Positions 63,901 through 64,000 of a DNA stretch of 64,000 nucleotides are shown in pieces; positions within the stretch are counted from its first letter, which is position 1; the number at the start of each line of letters is the position of its first letter. The DNA is taken from NCBI GenBank assembly GCA_030141605.1, contig JAQGDQ010002367.1, forward strand, positions 989,065-1,053,064, read 5' to 3'. The DNA comes from Tubiluchus corallicola (taxonomy: Eukaryota; Animalia; Priapulida). The notes beneath the pieces are model-generated. The model searched no databases and was not told the DNA's origin. It was given only the letters and a program-made list of their open reading frames with translations. Both the position numbers and the translations under genes were made by a program.

Positions 63901-64000
63901 TATACAGGCATCAACTGTGAAATAAACATTGATGAATGTGCCTCAAGTCCATGCTTAAATGGTGCAACATGCTTAGATGATGTAAACTCATATAACTGCA
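54973..64000 (+). CDS. Secreted or extracellular CUB-like + multi-EGF protein (fibropellin/Notch-like EGF repeats). 3' end lies outside the window. Apparent stop at 57088-57090 within an indel cluster; the same frame resumes by about 57220
   Basis: Signal peptide [26 protein letters not shown]; CUB-like end [13 protein letters not shown]; three divergent EGFs, then tandem [36 protein letters not shown] units; no introns seen. Confidence 0.85.
55843..64000 (+). repeat. Coding tandem array of 114-bp units (one 38-aa cbEGF domain each), about 71 copies, truncated by the window edge
   Basis: Near-identical 114-nt period throughout. Confidence 0.97.

Noticed and set aside
55843-64000. CRISPR-like repeat/spacer appearance, or Notch itself
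   Set aside because: The units are contiguous coding repeats without unique spacers in a eukaryotic context. The N-terminal CUB-like domain and the homogeneity do not fit Notch, and no LNR or ankyrin domains are visible.

Overview
AT-rich, intron-containing animal genomic DNA, most likely from an invertebrate. It is not prokaryotic. Four protein-coding genes are supported. (1) A 4-exon XBP1 gene (minus strand, 7513-2889) with a 23-nt IRE1-type unconventional intron, a dual-frame C-terminal region, an unspliced-form hydrophobic segment plus putative ribosome-arrest peptide, and a UPR/ISR-like promoter and leader. (2) An intronless mitochondrial GGQ release/rescue factor, MTRFR/C12orf65 (13983-14594). 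(3) A 20-exon polycystin-1-family receptor of about 4198 aa, PKD1L1-like (minus strand, 49537-18177): signal peptide, WSC, many PKD domains, REJ, GPS with intact HL/T, PLAT and channel domain. It includes a GC-AG intron and a mucin-like insert with an RRKR site. (4) An apparently intronless secreted CUB-like + EGF gene starting at 54973. Its homogenised 114-bp calcium-binding-EGF array (about 71 units) runs off the window end and has a local indel cluster with a net frame-neutral effect. Introns and spacers contain decayed LINEs, hAT-like and pogo-like MITEs, a nested fold-back and microsatellites. All exon models were derived by hand from splice signals and phase continuity, and no database search was run.
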